64,000 bases of DNA from Dimorphilus gyrociliatus. Lineage: Eukaryota > Animalia > Annelida. This document shows positions 26,117 to 38,902 of this stretch, in pieces; position 1 is the stretch's first letter, and each line of letters opens with the position of its first letter. The notes below the pieces were generated by a model. The model made no database searches and had not been told where the DNA came from. It saw nothing but the letters and a program-made list of their open reading frames with translations. Both the position numbers and the translations under genes were made by a program. The DNA is taken from the NCBI GenBank assembly GCA_904063045.1, contig CAJFCJ010000003.1, positions 1,860,001 to 1,924,000 of the forward strand, read 5' to 3'.

Positions 26117-26864
26117 CAATAAAATATAATTCTCAACGTTCTGCTAAGAAGTAAATTTCAATATGGATATAGCTAAACTAAGAGAGGAACGAACGTGGGA
26201 CTGGCATCTTTTATATCTATATTATTCGTTAGGAAAAACAAAAATATACGAAAATCACATATATTTTACAAAATCTGTTATACACATAATATAAAACTAA
26301 AATTAACAAATGTTTTTTGAATTTCATAATATTGCATCTTATATATTATTATATGATAACTAAGAGCTTTAAACGACAGACTTTTAAAATATTTTTAGCA
26401 ATATTTAATACAAACCATAAATATTCATTAATAAGTAAAGTTTATTTAATATACACTAAGTATTTAATGAAGATATTTTAAAGTATAGAGAAGCTAGTTT
26501 CATAAAGAGACTAAACAATAAAAGGTTGTCAATAACATAGTTAACAAGTTAAATGCTGGACCCAATTTTATTAAATACAAATCTTCCATAGATTCAAATT
26601 TAGCTTTAAGTTTGAAAAATCAGCTTTCTTTAAAAGTTGGTTTTTTATTCTCTTTTCAAGTTGCTCAAATAAAAAGTCTTGAATACATTCCCGAGTTTAG
26701 TAATAACCATGCTTCAGCCCCTCATTTAATTTACCCCTTATATTACTTGTTAAACTCTTTGCTCCCTTCCGTTCAAATATTTAGACACACTGGAGTTTTA
26801 CAGATACATACATTTGATATTGTTTTTTGTCGGAACTATAAAAGTGCCTCGTACAATGCATAAC

Positions 26865-29071
26865 ATGATTTATATTTTTTCACTGAAGGCCCTGATTTAT
26901 ATATACCTGACAGGTAAATTTTTGTATTAGAAAGTTTTCAAACAATTAAAAAGTATTAAATTATAGTGTTTTGATACATTTTTTTTGTAGAGTTGAGAAA
27001 TTTCAATATTTAATATTGTATTCTTTGCAGATGTTCAAGCATCGCAAGGTGTAGGCGAGTTAGGTTAGTATTTTAATACCAAACATCCTAGTCTGAATAA
27101 GAATCTTGCTTAAGAAATTGAATTAAGAAATGGCCGAAAAGATAATGAAGGTTTGCTGTTTGTAAGAGATAAATCAAGACAAAATAGCCCATTTGGTACA
27201 ATCTGCGATGATGGATGGGATCAATATGAAGTCAACACAGTATGTCGTCAACTAGGATATGAAAGTAAGATTTCCACATAAGTGATATCTTTTTATTTGA
27301 CTAAAAGTGTTTGAAGGCGGTATCTTGAGACAAGCTCCATTTTTCGGCATGGCAAATAAATTAGTACCCATTTATATCGATGATGTCAAATGTACTAAAT
27401 ACACTTCGAAATTGGAGAATTGCACTTTTTATAGAAAATGGGGAAATCATAATTGTAAACATTATGAGGACGTGGGTGTCAGTTGCTATGGCCAAACAGG
27501 TAACTCTTTTTTCTTTTAAATTTCTGTATTAATTTTTATTTAACTAGCCAAGTCGGATTATAAAGAACCCATGTTTGGTGCTGGAGCGGTTAATAGATCT
27601 TTTCTTGATAAAAACACGGGTCCTGATATAATTATACCCTCGCCGTTTCAATTTTTTCCTTTGCATGCAAAGATATTGCGATGGAATTTTTGGATAGGAC
27701 AGCTGGAGCCAAAGAAATCGTTTAATCTGAAATTACAAGTTAATACGCTGATAATTTAATTCAAGTTTAAAATTACTTTTTTTAGATATGGCGTTATTTG
27801 TCAGAAAAAAATTACAAATTAGTTCATCAAACAAGCGTCACCATTGACAAGATTGGTAGGCATACTGAAAACGTTTTAGACACAGTCCACATTGGAAGGT
27901 TTGATGTAATAGGGTTTCAGTATGAGCATTTCAACCCTATACCCTATGATAATGACTTTCGTTGCTTAATTACCGATTCCAATAAAATGTTACATTCAAA
28001 GGAACAAGGAAAAAGTTGATAACTATTGGAACAAAATTATTTCTAAGTCTTTTAATATATAATATTTTAGTAGATATACAGATTAACTCAAACTATGAAT
28101 TTGTCAAGAAAAAAGAGTTTCAAAATAACTGCAGAGTATACTCTATTTACGTTGAATTTAATTCTTCATGTAAGTTTAAAACAGACCGTCAGTAGTTTAC
28201 AGGGTATATTTTTTTTTAGTAATTTCTTCAACGATGTTACACGATACCCCAAAGCATATATTTCATGGACTGAATAGTACCTACTTTATTGTCCAGAATG
28301 TATCTTTACCTAAATATTTAGCTGAGAGCTACTGCAGGTAAATATCAAATCCTATATCTTCCACGTCAAATTGACATTATGGCTGTTTTATAAAAGTAAG
28401 CTGAACTTAAATACGTCACTGGTTAACATTACTTCTCTGGCGGAGTATATGATGCTTGGATCAATATTATTTAATAATAACCTGTTGAAAGGCGATCAAT
28501 TTTGGATAGGTGGAAGAACCTACGATAATCTACCTTTTGAAAATTGGCAATTGAAAGTTTGGGATGATTGTCAACCAGGTACGTAGTTATATTTATTGGC
28601 TATCGATTGAAAGACGATATTTGAAATGACAGTGCCTAATCAGGAATGCATTTTGTTAAAAAAAAACAAATTCGATGTATTTGGTGACTATGCTCTGAGG
28701 ATTCGCAGTAGCCCATGTTACTACAAGCATAATTTTATTTGCGAACAAAGAAATATTAGCGAATCTGTGATGAATTCTCATTCATACAGACCAGGTATGA
28801 TTTCGACTGTTCATGAAATCATTGAAAACTACTAAATATATTGCAGGGGCAAAACGATCGAAGAGAAAAGTGATATTAATTACTTTACTTGTATTAGTTA
28901 TCTTATTGCCGGTTATCGTCATTGTAGCATATAAATTAATGTAAGTGTACTCTAATATTTTATAACATTAGTATTTTACCAATTATTTTCTTCAGAAAAT
29001 ATGTTAATGCAAGGAAATCGGATCAAATGGCAGTCCGCTTTGTGACTTTGGATGATAAGTCTCATATCTGA
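26865..29071 (+). CDS. Type I membrane protein: signal peptide, SRCR domain, unassigned domain, C-type lectin-like domain, transmembrane helix, short tail
   Basis: SRCR GTICDDGWD..VCRQLGY..DDVKC..L..C..HNCKHYEDVGVSC; lectin-like FWIGG..C...PC...FICE; TM VILITLLVLVILLPVIVIVAY. Internal exon limits are approximate. Confidence 0.75.
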
Positions 29072-29485
29072 TAGTCCACTTCATTATGACTTATAGCTCT
29101 GTATTGTTTTAGTGTACTACCGTTCAAGTTTTTATGTAATTCTTTCTAAATATTTTAATTACAAGTAATAAGGTAGTTGAGAAGTTTATACATTGTTAAT
29201 TCTTCAAACAATAAAAGCTTTAAAGCAATTTTATGTTCAAAACTTTCCAAAAATTATCTTAAATAAAAACTAAAATTTTTAATGTTTTAAGTAAAACTAA
29301 ATTATATAGATTCATGATACATTTCTTTCAATATTTTAGTGTAGTATAATTGAAGAATTTTATTACATATAAAATTGTCTTAGAGTCTCCCTTCCAGAAG
29401 CATTTAGTATTATTCAGGTGATTTTTGTCAATGTTATCAGATAAGACTTTTATTGATCAATTAAGCTGAAATAGTGTTTTCTAAA

Positions 29486-32400
29486 ATGATCAGGCGCGTT
29501 GGTAAGTATATATTTAGGATCATTCCAAGTTTTTGACAGTCCATTAAAGCGGGAGAATCTTTTAAAAACAATTATACAATGATCAATTTATGAAAGCGTA
29601 ATGAAATTGATTTTTCAACTAGATAAAAGGAATCATACTTCGGGAAGAAAGCTAAAATCAACTATTATCTGTTTGATAGGTATAATTTATCTTTCAATCA
29701 CCTTTAAAACGCGCTAAATACTGGTTTTCGAAATTTCAGTTGTAGTAATTATACTGACTATAGCATGTATTCTTGTCACAAGAGGACACGAAAAAAAATC
29801 CTTCCAAATTGTAAAACATCCAAAGACCACATTTAGCCTGAGTGAAATTTTCAATTCCAACTATCAAGTAAAAGATCTTAGTGGATTTTGGATACAGGGT
29901 AAGAGTCCTTAAATGAACAGCTTTAAGATCTAAAAGACACTAAAAATATCAGGATCTGAGAGATTTCTTCAATTAAATAACAATGGAGATATAGTTGAAA
30001 TTTCCTTAACTTCACCATATAAAGTTGTTATGAGTAAGGTAAGATATGCAAGTTTGTTTTTAAAAGTAAGAATGGTAAAGATAAATAATCTTCTAAGCAT
30101 GAGTTAAAAGATTCAAGTAAATTTTGGATGTCTCCTTGTGGGACCTATATTTTAATTGCTTATGACATTATGAAAAAATCCAAGTATACTTTCACAGCTT
30201 TCTACAAAATATTTAACAAATCAACAAGGTAAAAACCATAATAACTTTGACCAATACCAATATTATAGCTGTCACAATTATTAAGAACATTTACAACTTT
30301 CCCAAATTTTCTAAATCGATCCAAGATTAGACTACAGTCAGCCTCATGGAGTAAAACTGGCCGTTATGTGGTATTGAATGAATTTATTCTAAAATGCGAT
30401 TAACATTAATAATTTTCAGGCTTTTGTATTGGAAAATAATTTATACATTCAAAATATTAATGGAACAGTTAAGCAGCTGACTTTTTCTCGTAAAGAAAAT
30501 AGTGTTTTTACTGGAATTCCAGATACATCTTATGAAAGTAAGATCTTTTACAAATACTTTGCATTTTAAAATATGCGAAATTATTTTTCAGATTTACTTT
30601 CAAAGGGAATAGCCATTTATTGGTCTAAAAAAGATTCTTTCTTGGCTTTTGCTCAGTTTAATCTTACATTTGTTCCGAAAGTAAATATAACTGTTTTCGG
30701 AGAACAAAATTGCTACTACCCTAGATCAAAAAGTCTATTTTTTAGTTTGGTAATTTTTAAAGTTCTATTTCGTCACTAATTAAACGTAAGAAAATATCTT
30801 TCAGGCTGGACATATTGACAAACCTAGTTGTAATATTGTTCAAACAACTCGGGTATCATTGTTTGTTTTTGAATTAGCAAGTGGAAACAAGATGTTGATT
30901 TATCCTCCAGAAAATTTAAGAAATCAGTAAGATCAAGTTTCTCATTGGAATGTTAATAATTAGATCAAAATATATTTGTTTAGAGATCATTACTTCCTTC
31001 AATTATCATGGAGAGATGAAAATCATTTCTTAATTACTTGGACGAATAGAATTCAAAATTTGGCAATTGTCAATTTCTGTAGTATTTCAGCTAATGTTCA
31101 CTGCGTTCTGGTAAAAACTAACTTTTACATTTTTGCATAAAATCAAATCAAATGTTGAAATCCATAAGTTAGAATTTCTAAAATAACAAACAATTTTTCA
31201 AACATGCAGAATTTTGAAAAACATGTTGCAAATGGTTGGATTCAAATAGTAGGTACTTACTTTTATAAATTCTAAAGAAAAATTGTTTGTGTCTTAGCCA
31301 TGGCCAAAACCAGTATGGACTGAGAGTGGAGAGAGTTACCTTACTATTTTAGACAGACAAGAGGATAATACCAGTTACTTTCAGCTAACTCTTATATCTG
31401 TATCGGTAGGATAAACTTTTTAGAAAATTGCTTATCGATCTCTATGACTTGTCAATTAGACAGCTTCAAAAGGGTTGATAACTTTTTTGACCAAAGGTAA
31501 ACAGGATATCATCCATATTTTAGGATACGATGAAAAGCTATCAGTTGTATACTACCAAATAACAGGAATTGACTATAGAACTCGCTATATTTTTAGGTTA
31601 TATTAATTATTTACTTTATAAAATTGAAACGTTTTTTAATTTCTACCAGTCTGCAGATTTCAGAGAAAAATATTACAACTGCGCAATGTATTACTTGTAG
31701 AATTCTACCTAGTTGTACATATGCTTCAGGAAAAATTAATTCTCTTTCTACGTATATGATTCATGCTTGCTATGGTCCGTCGTTTCCTCGTTTTGACTTG
31801 GTGAATTTAAAAGAGTATCAAATGAAAGTTTTAGAGGATAACAAACACTTGAAGGATTATATTTCATCTAAATTACTTCCTGATAAGAGGTATGAAAAAG
31901 TTGCTATTGGAGATAAATATGGTTTGTACAATACTACAATTTATTGATAGTTTTCTAAAGGACTATTTTACGAAAAGATGCTTGGATGGAAATCCTATAT
32001 CCACCGGATTTTGATCCTTCAAAGAAATATCCAGCACTAATTTATACGTAGTGATTGAATTAACATAAGAGAAGATATAATTGGACTATATTTTTGTTTT
32101 TCAGTTCTCCACATCCTAGCAACCAGAAAGTTTCCTCAAAATTCAACTTCAACACGGATTATAAGTGGTTTTTGTACTTGTCAACTGCGCATAATTTTAT
32201 AATAGCTTATATTGATGGTAGAGGATCTGCCTTCAGGGGAACTAAATTTATGTTCGACTTACATAAAAGAATTGGATTAGTTGATGTTATTGATCAAAAT
32301 TATATAGCACAGTAATTACATTTTTGTAGTTTACTTTTCACTTTTACAAACTCTTCCCAGAAATTTATCTCAACGAAAGTACGTTCAAAGTAATAGAATC

Positions 32401-33223
32401 GCCATTTACGGCCAGGTATAATTGCATTCACCCAGCTCTACTCCTTTTATATTTAATAGCCAATATTTAGCTTCTAGAACAACAATTCACAATTATTAAG
32501 AATGTTATGTCATTGTGTCCTAATTTGTTGCGTGATAATACGATAATATTTAAGAGAGAGTATAATTTGTCACTTGAAAAGATACAGTTTGCTGATTATA
32601 CAGAATTATGGAGGATTTGTGGCCTCTCACGCCATTTCTTCTGTCAGTGGACAGTTTTCTTGTGCCATTGCCCGCTCACCTATAACATCTTTCAAATATT
32701 TTGGTAAGATAGATTGCATTTCTTAGAGGAGCTAAATTTTTTTTTAAATTAGAAAGTACATTTACTGAAAGGTATTTGGGAGTTTATGGTGAAAGTGGTT
32801 CTAACGTTTATTATGAAGTGAGGCAATTGTTAGTTTGGTATTTAAATATTAAAACGATTGTTTTATATTATCACAGCAGTCAGATGTTATCAGAAGAGCA
32901 AAATATTTTAAGGGGAAAAGCTTTCTAATAATCCACGGCATGAGTGATGGTAAAAACTAATATATTTCAAAAGCTAATTCAATGTGAGACATTTTCAGAA
33001 CAAATCTACTTTTACCACTCCGCACAGCTCATAAAATCCTTGCAGCTAAATGAAATTCAATTCAGAATTGGGGTAAAGACAGACATATTAAGAAATGTAC
33101 TGTTATCAGTTTTATTTAATTTTTATTTAGATATATCCGGACGAGAATCATGAACTAGAAAAAGTTTCCCCTCACTTTTATAAGCGGATGACTAACTTCC
33201 TTTTACATGATTGTTTAGCTTAA
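29486..33223 (+). CDS. Catalytically inactive dipeptidyl-peptidase-like protein (S9B, DPP6/DPP10-like), type II membrane, intron-rich
   Basis: N-terminal TM IICLIVVVIILTIACILV, YYPRAG, IDGRGSAFRG, GLVDVIDQ, GQ|NYGG in place of GWSYGG, TERYLG, HGMSD and YPDENH. Confidence 0.88.
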
Positions 33224-33375
33224 ACTATTAACAGTAGATATATTTCTTTAAAGGATCCAATACAAAATGAGAAAATATATTAGCGATTACGGAAGAAGAA
33301 TTTTTTCTTTTTTTCACTAGTCAGGAAAATGATTAAATATTCGAAATGTTCGTTTAAAGGTAGTCTGTAAATAAC

Positions 33376-33405
33376 ACGCATGCGCAGTGGCCTCAAATTT
33401 GGCGC
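33376..33405. promoter_or_regulatory. NRF1-type motif (ACGCATGCGCA, 33376-33386) and E2F-type motif (TTTGGCGC, 33398-33405) upstream of PASK
   Basis: Direct consensus matches 70-100 bp 5' of the PASK ATG. Confidence 0.6.
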
Positions 33406-33476
33406 AAAAGCAAACGGACAGCTCAAATTTTTAACGAATTAAATATCCCAGGAGGTCCACAGAAGTTATAGCTAAC

Positions 33477-36088
33477 ATGGATACAAAGAAAACGAGCTCT
33501 GTTTTGGATGTTTCAAGTAAGCTTTTGTTTCTCTTATGTTAAAAAACTTTAATAATTATAAATAGGTATACTTTTCGTCCAATTCTTTGAAATCGCCTAT
33601 TACCACTGGCGCTTTGTCGATCTGTGTTATTAAACCTATTTAACTTGCTTTATAACTTTGACATATGCCAGTAGATACATATATTTTTCATAATTTACAA
33701 AAAATATTTATGATCTTATAGCCAATAAAGACTCTTCGATATCTATTACTCCAAAATTGCGAAAATCAGTAGACGGTATATCAAGAAATGCGAACTTCAC
33801 GCCCTCTTCGATGGAAAAACTAAAGCGAGTAAGATACAGTTTTGAAAGCTCCGGAAAGACTCCCCTAAAACGTCGAAATCAGAGTAAAGAGGAAAGCAAT
33901 TCAAAGGGAAACCCTTCTTTACATATTCATACAGACGAATCAGAGTACGTTGTTGGCAATGGTATTGATGACATAAACTTTTCACCTTGTCAGTTAACAC
34001 ATAATTCTTCTCTAAATATGTCATTTAATGATAGCTTTCATAGAACCATTTGGAAAAACAGTGAAAAACTGTTTCCTAGCAATGATAGGAAAGGTTCTCT
34101 AGCCGTTATGTTTGTAGATAAGAAATCTTCCAAAGTTCTTACTTGCAATGAAAAATCTTATGAACTTTTAGAATGTACAGAAAATGATCTTATTGACTGC
34201 AAAATTAATGATGTTTTAAAATCTTTCGAAGAAACCAGCAAAAAAATCGTACAAATAAAAACTTTCAAAGGAGAAGATCTATCAGTTTGTCTGTGGGTTA
34301 GAAAATTGGCAGAAGGATTTTTAGTCATGATGGAAAAAGTTCAATGCATAACAGGTAACTTAACTTTGAACAAAGACAAAGAAATTGTTTATGTTGATGA
34401 AGAAATTGGCGTCTTGTATGGATCCAGTGAGGAACTTTTGGGCACACACATTAAAATGTTTCTACCTCAATTTGATATGAACAAAAATATACAATACACT
34501 TGCGGACTGTCTATTGACGATTTTGTTTTTCCTACGAGATTGGAAAGAGTTGATGATAAGACTATAAAATTAGAGGCTTTTTTATATTTAACTGGGGTAG
34601 TTTCTGTCAACACAGAAGGTTCGATCGTTAACATTAACAATCATCTGGGCTCCATTTTACTTGGCTATAAGTCTTCATCTGAACTGAGGGGAAATCTCAT
34701 TAGTACTATTTTGCCAGAGCTGTCTTCTGATGAAAATTCCACTAATTTAATGAGCGATGTTTCAAGCGACAAAGTAGACAACATCATAGAAAAGTTGGAC
34801 CATAGTCTTAACATTAAAAACAATATAATGATCGAGGAAGGTAGTTTTGGTGGTTTTGTAAGACATGATGATGGATCATTTCTCCCTGTTATGTATGACA
34901 TTGAAAAAACAGAACAAGATTTATGGCTTATATGGATAAAGTATGGAGACGTACCATATTTTCACAGCTATACAGACAAAGATGCATCTAAGTACTCTCT
35001 AATTGAGGAGGTAAATGATGAAAATGGATTGTTTACGAATAAATTTGAATCAGATAGAAAATTCAATGATAATTATGAAGTTTTAGAACAAATAGGCAAA
35101 GGAGCTTTTGGATATGTTTTTATAGCCCGACAATTATCAACGGATGCCAAAGTTGTTGTGAAAAAGATAAAGAAGGAAAAAGTTTTAAGAAAAGGCTGGA
35201 TTAAAACTGAGAAAGGGTTTGATCTACCTTTGGAAATTGTTATTTTATTGAAAATTCGCCATAATAATATTGTTCATGCTTTAGAGGCATATGAAAGTGA
35301 AAAATATTTTGAATTAATAATGAAGAAACATGGTAATGGTATGGATATGTTTGAATTAATAGAGCAAGCGTCGTCATACTCAAAACATAATTCTGGGCTT
35401 GAAGAACCTCTAGCAGCTTTTATGTTCCGACAAATAGCTTCAGGTGTTGCTTATCTCCATGAAAAGAATATCGTTCACAGAGATATCAAAGATGAGAATA
35501 TTATAGTCGATACTGCTGCTTGGACCCTGCAAATTATTGATTTTGGATCAGCTGCAACCATAGCTGATGGAAAAACCTTTGGCAGTTTTTGTGGAACTGT
35601 TGAATATTGTTCTCCAGAAGTTCTTTTGGGGAAGAGATATAGGGGACCGGAATTGGACGCATTTTCTCTGGGAGTCACACTATACACCATGGTTTACGGA
35701 GAAAATCCTTTTGGAAATGCTGAGGAAACTATTGAATGCATCGTCAGACCCCCAGTTCCTTCATCTGATAAGCTTATAAGCTTGTTGCTCGGACTTTTAG
35801 CACCCAATCCTAAAAACAGAATGACAGCATTTGAAGCCTCCAATAATTCATGGTCAGTTCAAGATGTGGACTTAAATAATTACCCTTCTGAGAAAGTGAT
35901 TGGTTCATTTGGTAAGCAAATTTTATTTTAAACAATAGCATATATATCTTTTTTTCTGAATAGAATTTAGAGGAAATACTGCTGGAGACTTTCGAAAAGA
36001 CTCGTATCAAACTCCCATTCGAAACCGTAAAAAGAGTAATAGCAATCAAGATGAATGTAGGAAAGAGTTGTTTCGAAAATCCTTTTAA
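33477..36088 (+). CDS. PASK: PAS domain-containing Ser/Thr kinase; exons about 33477-33516, 33722-35911 and a final exon ending 36088
   Basis: PAS segment VMFVDKKSSKVLTCNEKSYELL; kinase motifs GKGAFG, HGNGMDMFELI, HRDIKDEN, DFG and FCGTVEYCSPE. Confidence 0.92.
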
Positions 36089-36228
36089 TTCCTTTTTTTG
36101 TTTGATTAAGAAATTTTTATACTTATAAGTAATCTTAAGAAATCTCTTTTAATTTTAAAACAGTTTGAAGACTCTTGTTACTGACAATAAACTTTATAGA
36201 CTTGTGAAGTGTATTGAAAATTGCTTAA

Positions 36229-38210
36229 TTATGAAACAATAATAGATTCGCTTACCGGCATATTTATGATTCCAGTAATAATTGGAGTCGAACTACTACG
36301 TCGGCATAAATATGCTTTGATAGTATCTGATATCCCTTTATCAGATTTACACTCAACATATGACTCAAAAGTATAGTTCAAACCAGGCACAAGAAATGGG
36401 ACGGGGATTAGTGTTTTTTCAACAGAATACAAAGAACTATCAAAGTGAAACGTGAGAAATAAACCAACGGACGGAGAATTTAGACTTGTGTTTTGTAGTT
36501 GGACAATTAATTTAAACATAGGTCCTATTCCGTTCACATGAACAGAAAGCTTTAAAGGCTCTTGGGGGTTGGTAGAGATGGGATTCAAGCTCTTGTTTAG
36601 GGATTCTGCATAATTTCGTGCTGCTTCCAGACGAATCCTGTATAAATCATGCTGAAATTGTTGATGCATCACGACGCAATTGTTTCTCTCTCTGAGTGTT
36701 TGATCAACAAACAATTTCGTTTTTTTCGGAACATTTAACTTTTGTTGTTGGGATGCAGGAGGACCGCTGGAAGTTGTCGCATCTTTTTCCTCAAATTTCG
36801 CTGTTCTTTTAAGCATTTTAATTAGTAGGCTACCCCCTTTCGTTGTCATAACCAAAGTCGAATCTTCCCTGCCAAATTTTCCAAACTTTATGCCAGTCAC
36901 AGCATCTTCAGTTTTGATTACATTCACAAGATACTTATCTCGATATACATGCACCTCATGATTTTCAATTCCAACAAGTACACCCTTAAATCCTTTTTGC
37001 TTATCTTCCATAGCTTCCATTGTCAAAATATCAGCTGGCATTCGTATGAGCCATAATTTATTACCTTTTGTTGAATAGCACTGTAGAGTTTGGTCCATAC
37101 AAGCTACAACGATATTTTTCCCTATTCTCTGCAGCCCGACAGGCTGTGCACTTAATTGAAACACAGGTTTTTTGACTTCCGATCCTCTGCAATTTTCTAT
37201 TCTAAATAGTACATTTATAAAGATAATAAACTAACCGTTTTAAGGAATAGACTGCTCCATTTCTACAGGCAACAACAATTCTATAATCAACATCATAGAG
37301 GCCATTTACAGATAAAAATACGGGAACTGCCGGAATATCAATTTTTGTCAAAATAGTAAAGGCTTCAGGATCCAATATATAGATTGCCAAATGCTCAGTT
37401 CCCAACACTAAGCAGCTGATGGCATCGTCTTCAGAGTGAGATTTTTTTAAAGTTTCTAAGCACGTCACTACCGTCTGCATTTTGAGTGGTGAATTTTTAT
37501 GAAGTGTTACAAAAGTTGACAACTCATGGGGAGGTAATCGTAAAAATTTCATGGATCTCACAGTAAGTATTACTCCTTTGCTGCGTAATCCATCCAAAAT
37601 CTCTCTAAGAACGCTGACATCAATTAAATCATCCTTTGCTTGTATCCAAGCACTTTCTTCTTTTTCATCAATGGGAAGAGATGGTAAGGTAAATTTAAAG
37701 TAAGGTCTAAGATTTTTGTAAATATAGATAAAAGAGCCCGAAGCGACTGCTATAGCAGGAGTTCGTGGTTCAGTTAAATCCATATAAAAAGTAACTACCC
37801 CAGTGGGTAAATCAATTATTGCATTTTCGCTCATAAGAGAAGTGCCTAACAGGAGACAAATTAAATGTTTTAAATTGTTTCTAATTAATATATTAATAAC
37901 AACCTCTGTAAACTTTTAATTTCATATCATAAGTTCCAGTTCCCAAGTCTGCGATAATAAGCTTATTTTCTCCATCGGCATTTATGTCCGATAAGGCAAT
38001 ACACTGTGAAAAAGTATACAAAGATGCCAGAGGATCGTAATGAGCGTTGAGCCATTTTTTATTTCCTTCATAGCTGTTGAAAACGACGAAAGCAAGGTTC
38101 GAAAGATTTAATTCTTATAATTATAAAAAAAAATACTGTCATTTCATAGGAATAACAGTTACTTACTCTTGATACCCTTTGGACTCTTCTCTTGATGTAA
38201 TTTCTGCCAT
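36229..38210 (-). CDS. BBS1: Bardet-Biedl syndrome 1 protein (BBSome), multi-exon
   Basis: WLNAHYDPLASLYTFS, DLTEPRTPAIAVASG, CLVLGTE, KFGKFGREDSTL, PKKTKLFVDQTLRER and VPGLNY. Confidence 0.96.
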
Positions 38211-38902
38211 GGCTTCTTACTTTGAGATCTTTAAATATATGGAATTTGTTTCTTACCATTTATGAAATTCCGGAACAGGTAGCCAGTATATTTTTTTACA
38301 TCGATAGTACGAAAAATTATTAATAAAATATCACAATGTTCTCACAACATATACATCAGAGCAATCACACAACAAAAATAACATATTTTAAGACCACTTA
38401 CTAAGATACTTTCAAAATACTTTGATGGAAATTTTTAACTTTATTCACATCGTAGATGATAAAGAGTTAAAGCCGTTAAAAATATGGTAACCTGTTCCAA
38501 TAAGCGTCTTCTTGGCGGCTTCTCAATCAACCATCAAGTCATCAATTGTTAGCTTTAAAAACTACATCATTGGATACAATTTTTATAATTTCTAACTACA
38601 TTGTAACAGGTTTGATTTGAAAAAGTAATTTTCTTTGAACAAAGAATTTTTAATTTTACCACTTTTTTATAATGAATATAATCAATTTCTAAAAATTTTC
38701 TTTTTCAAATTAAGAAAAATATTGAGATCCTTTATTTAATACAGTATTAGAGGAGGGGCTGAATGTCTTAAATCTGTAAAAATAAAATTTGAAAAAAAGT
38801 GACATTTAAAAAAATGATTTAATTAACTTAGAAATATTATACATATATACACTTCAATTATCAAATTGAAACATTGCACAGCTGGTCCGAATTATTTGAG
38901 AT

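Noticed and set aside
26837-26843. TATAAAA upstream of the SRCR/lectin gene
   Set aside because: Too close to the ATG (a start site 30 nt downstream would fall at the start codon), and common in AT-rich DNA.
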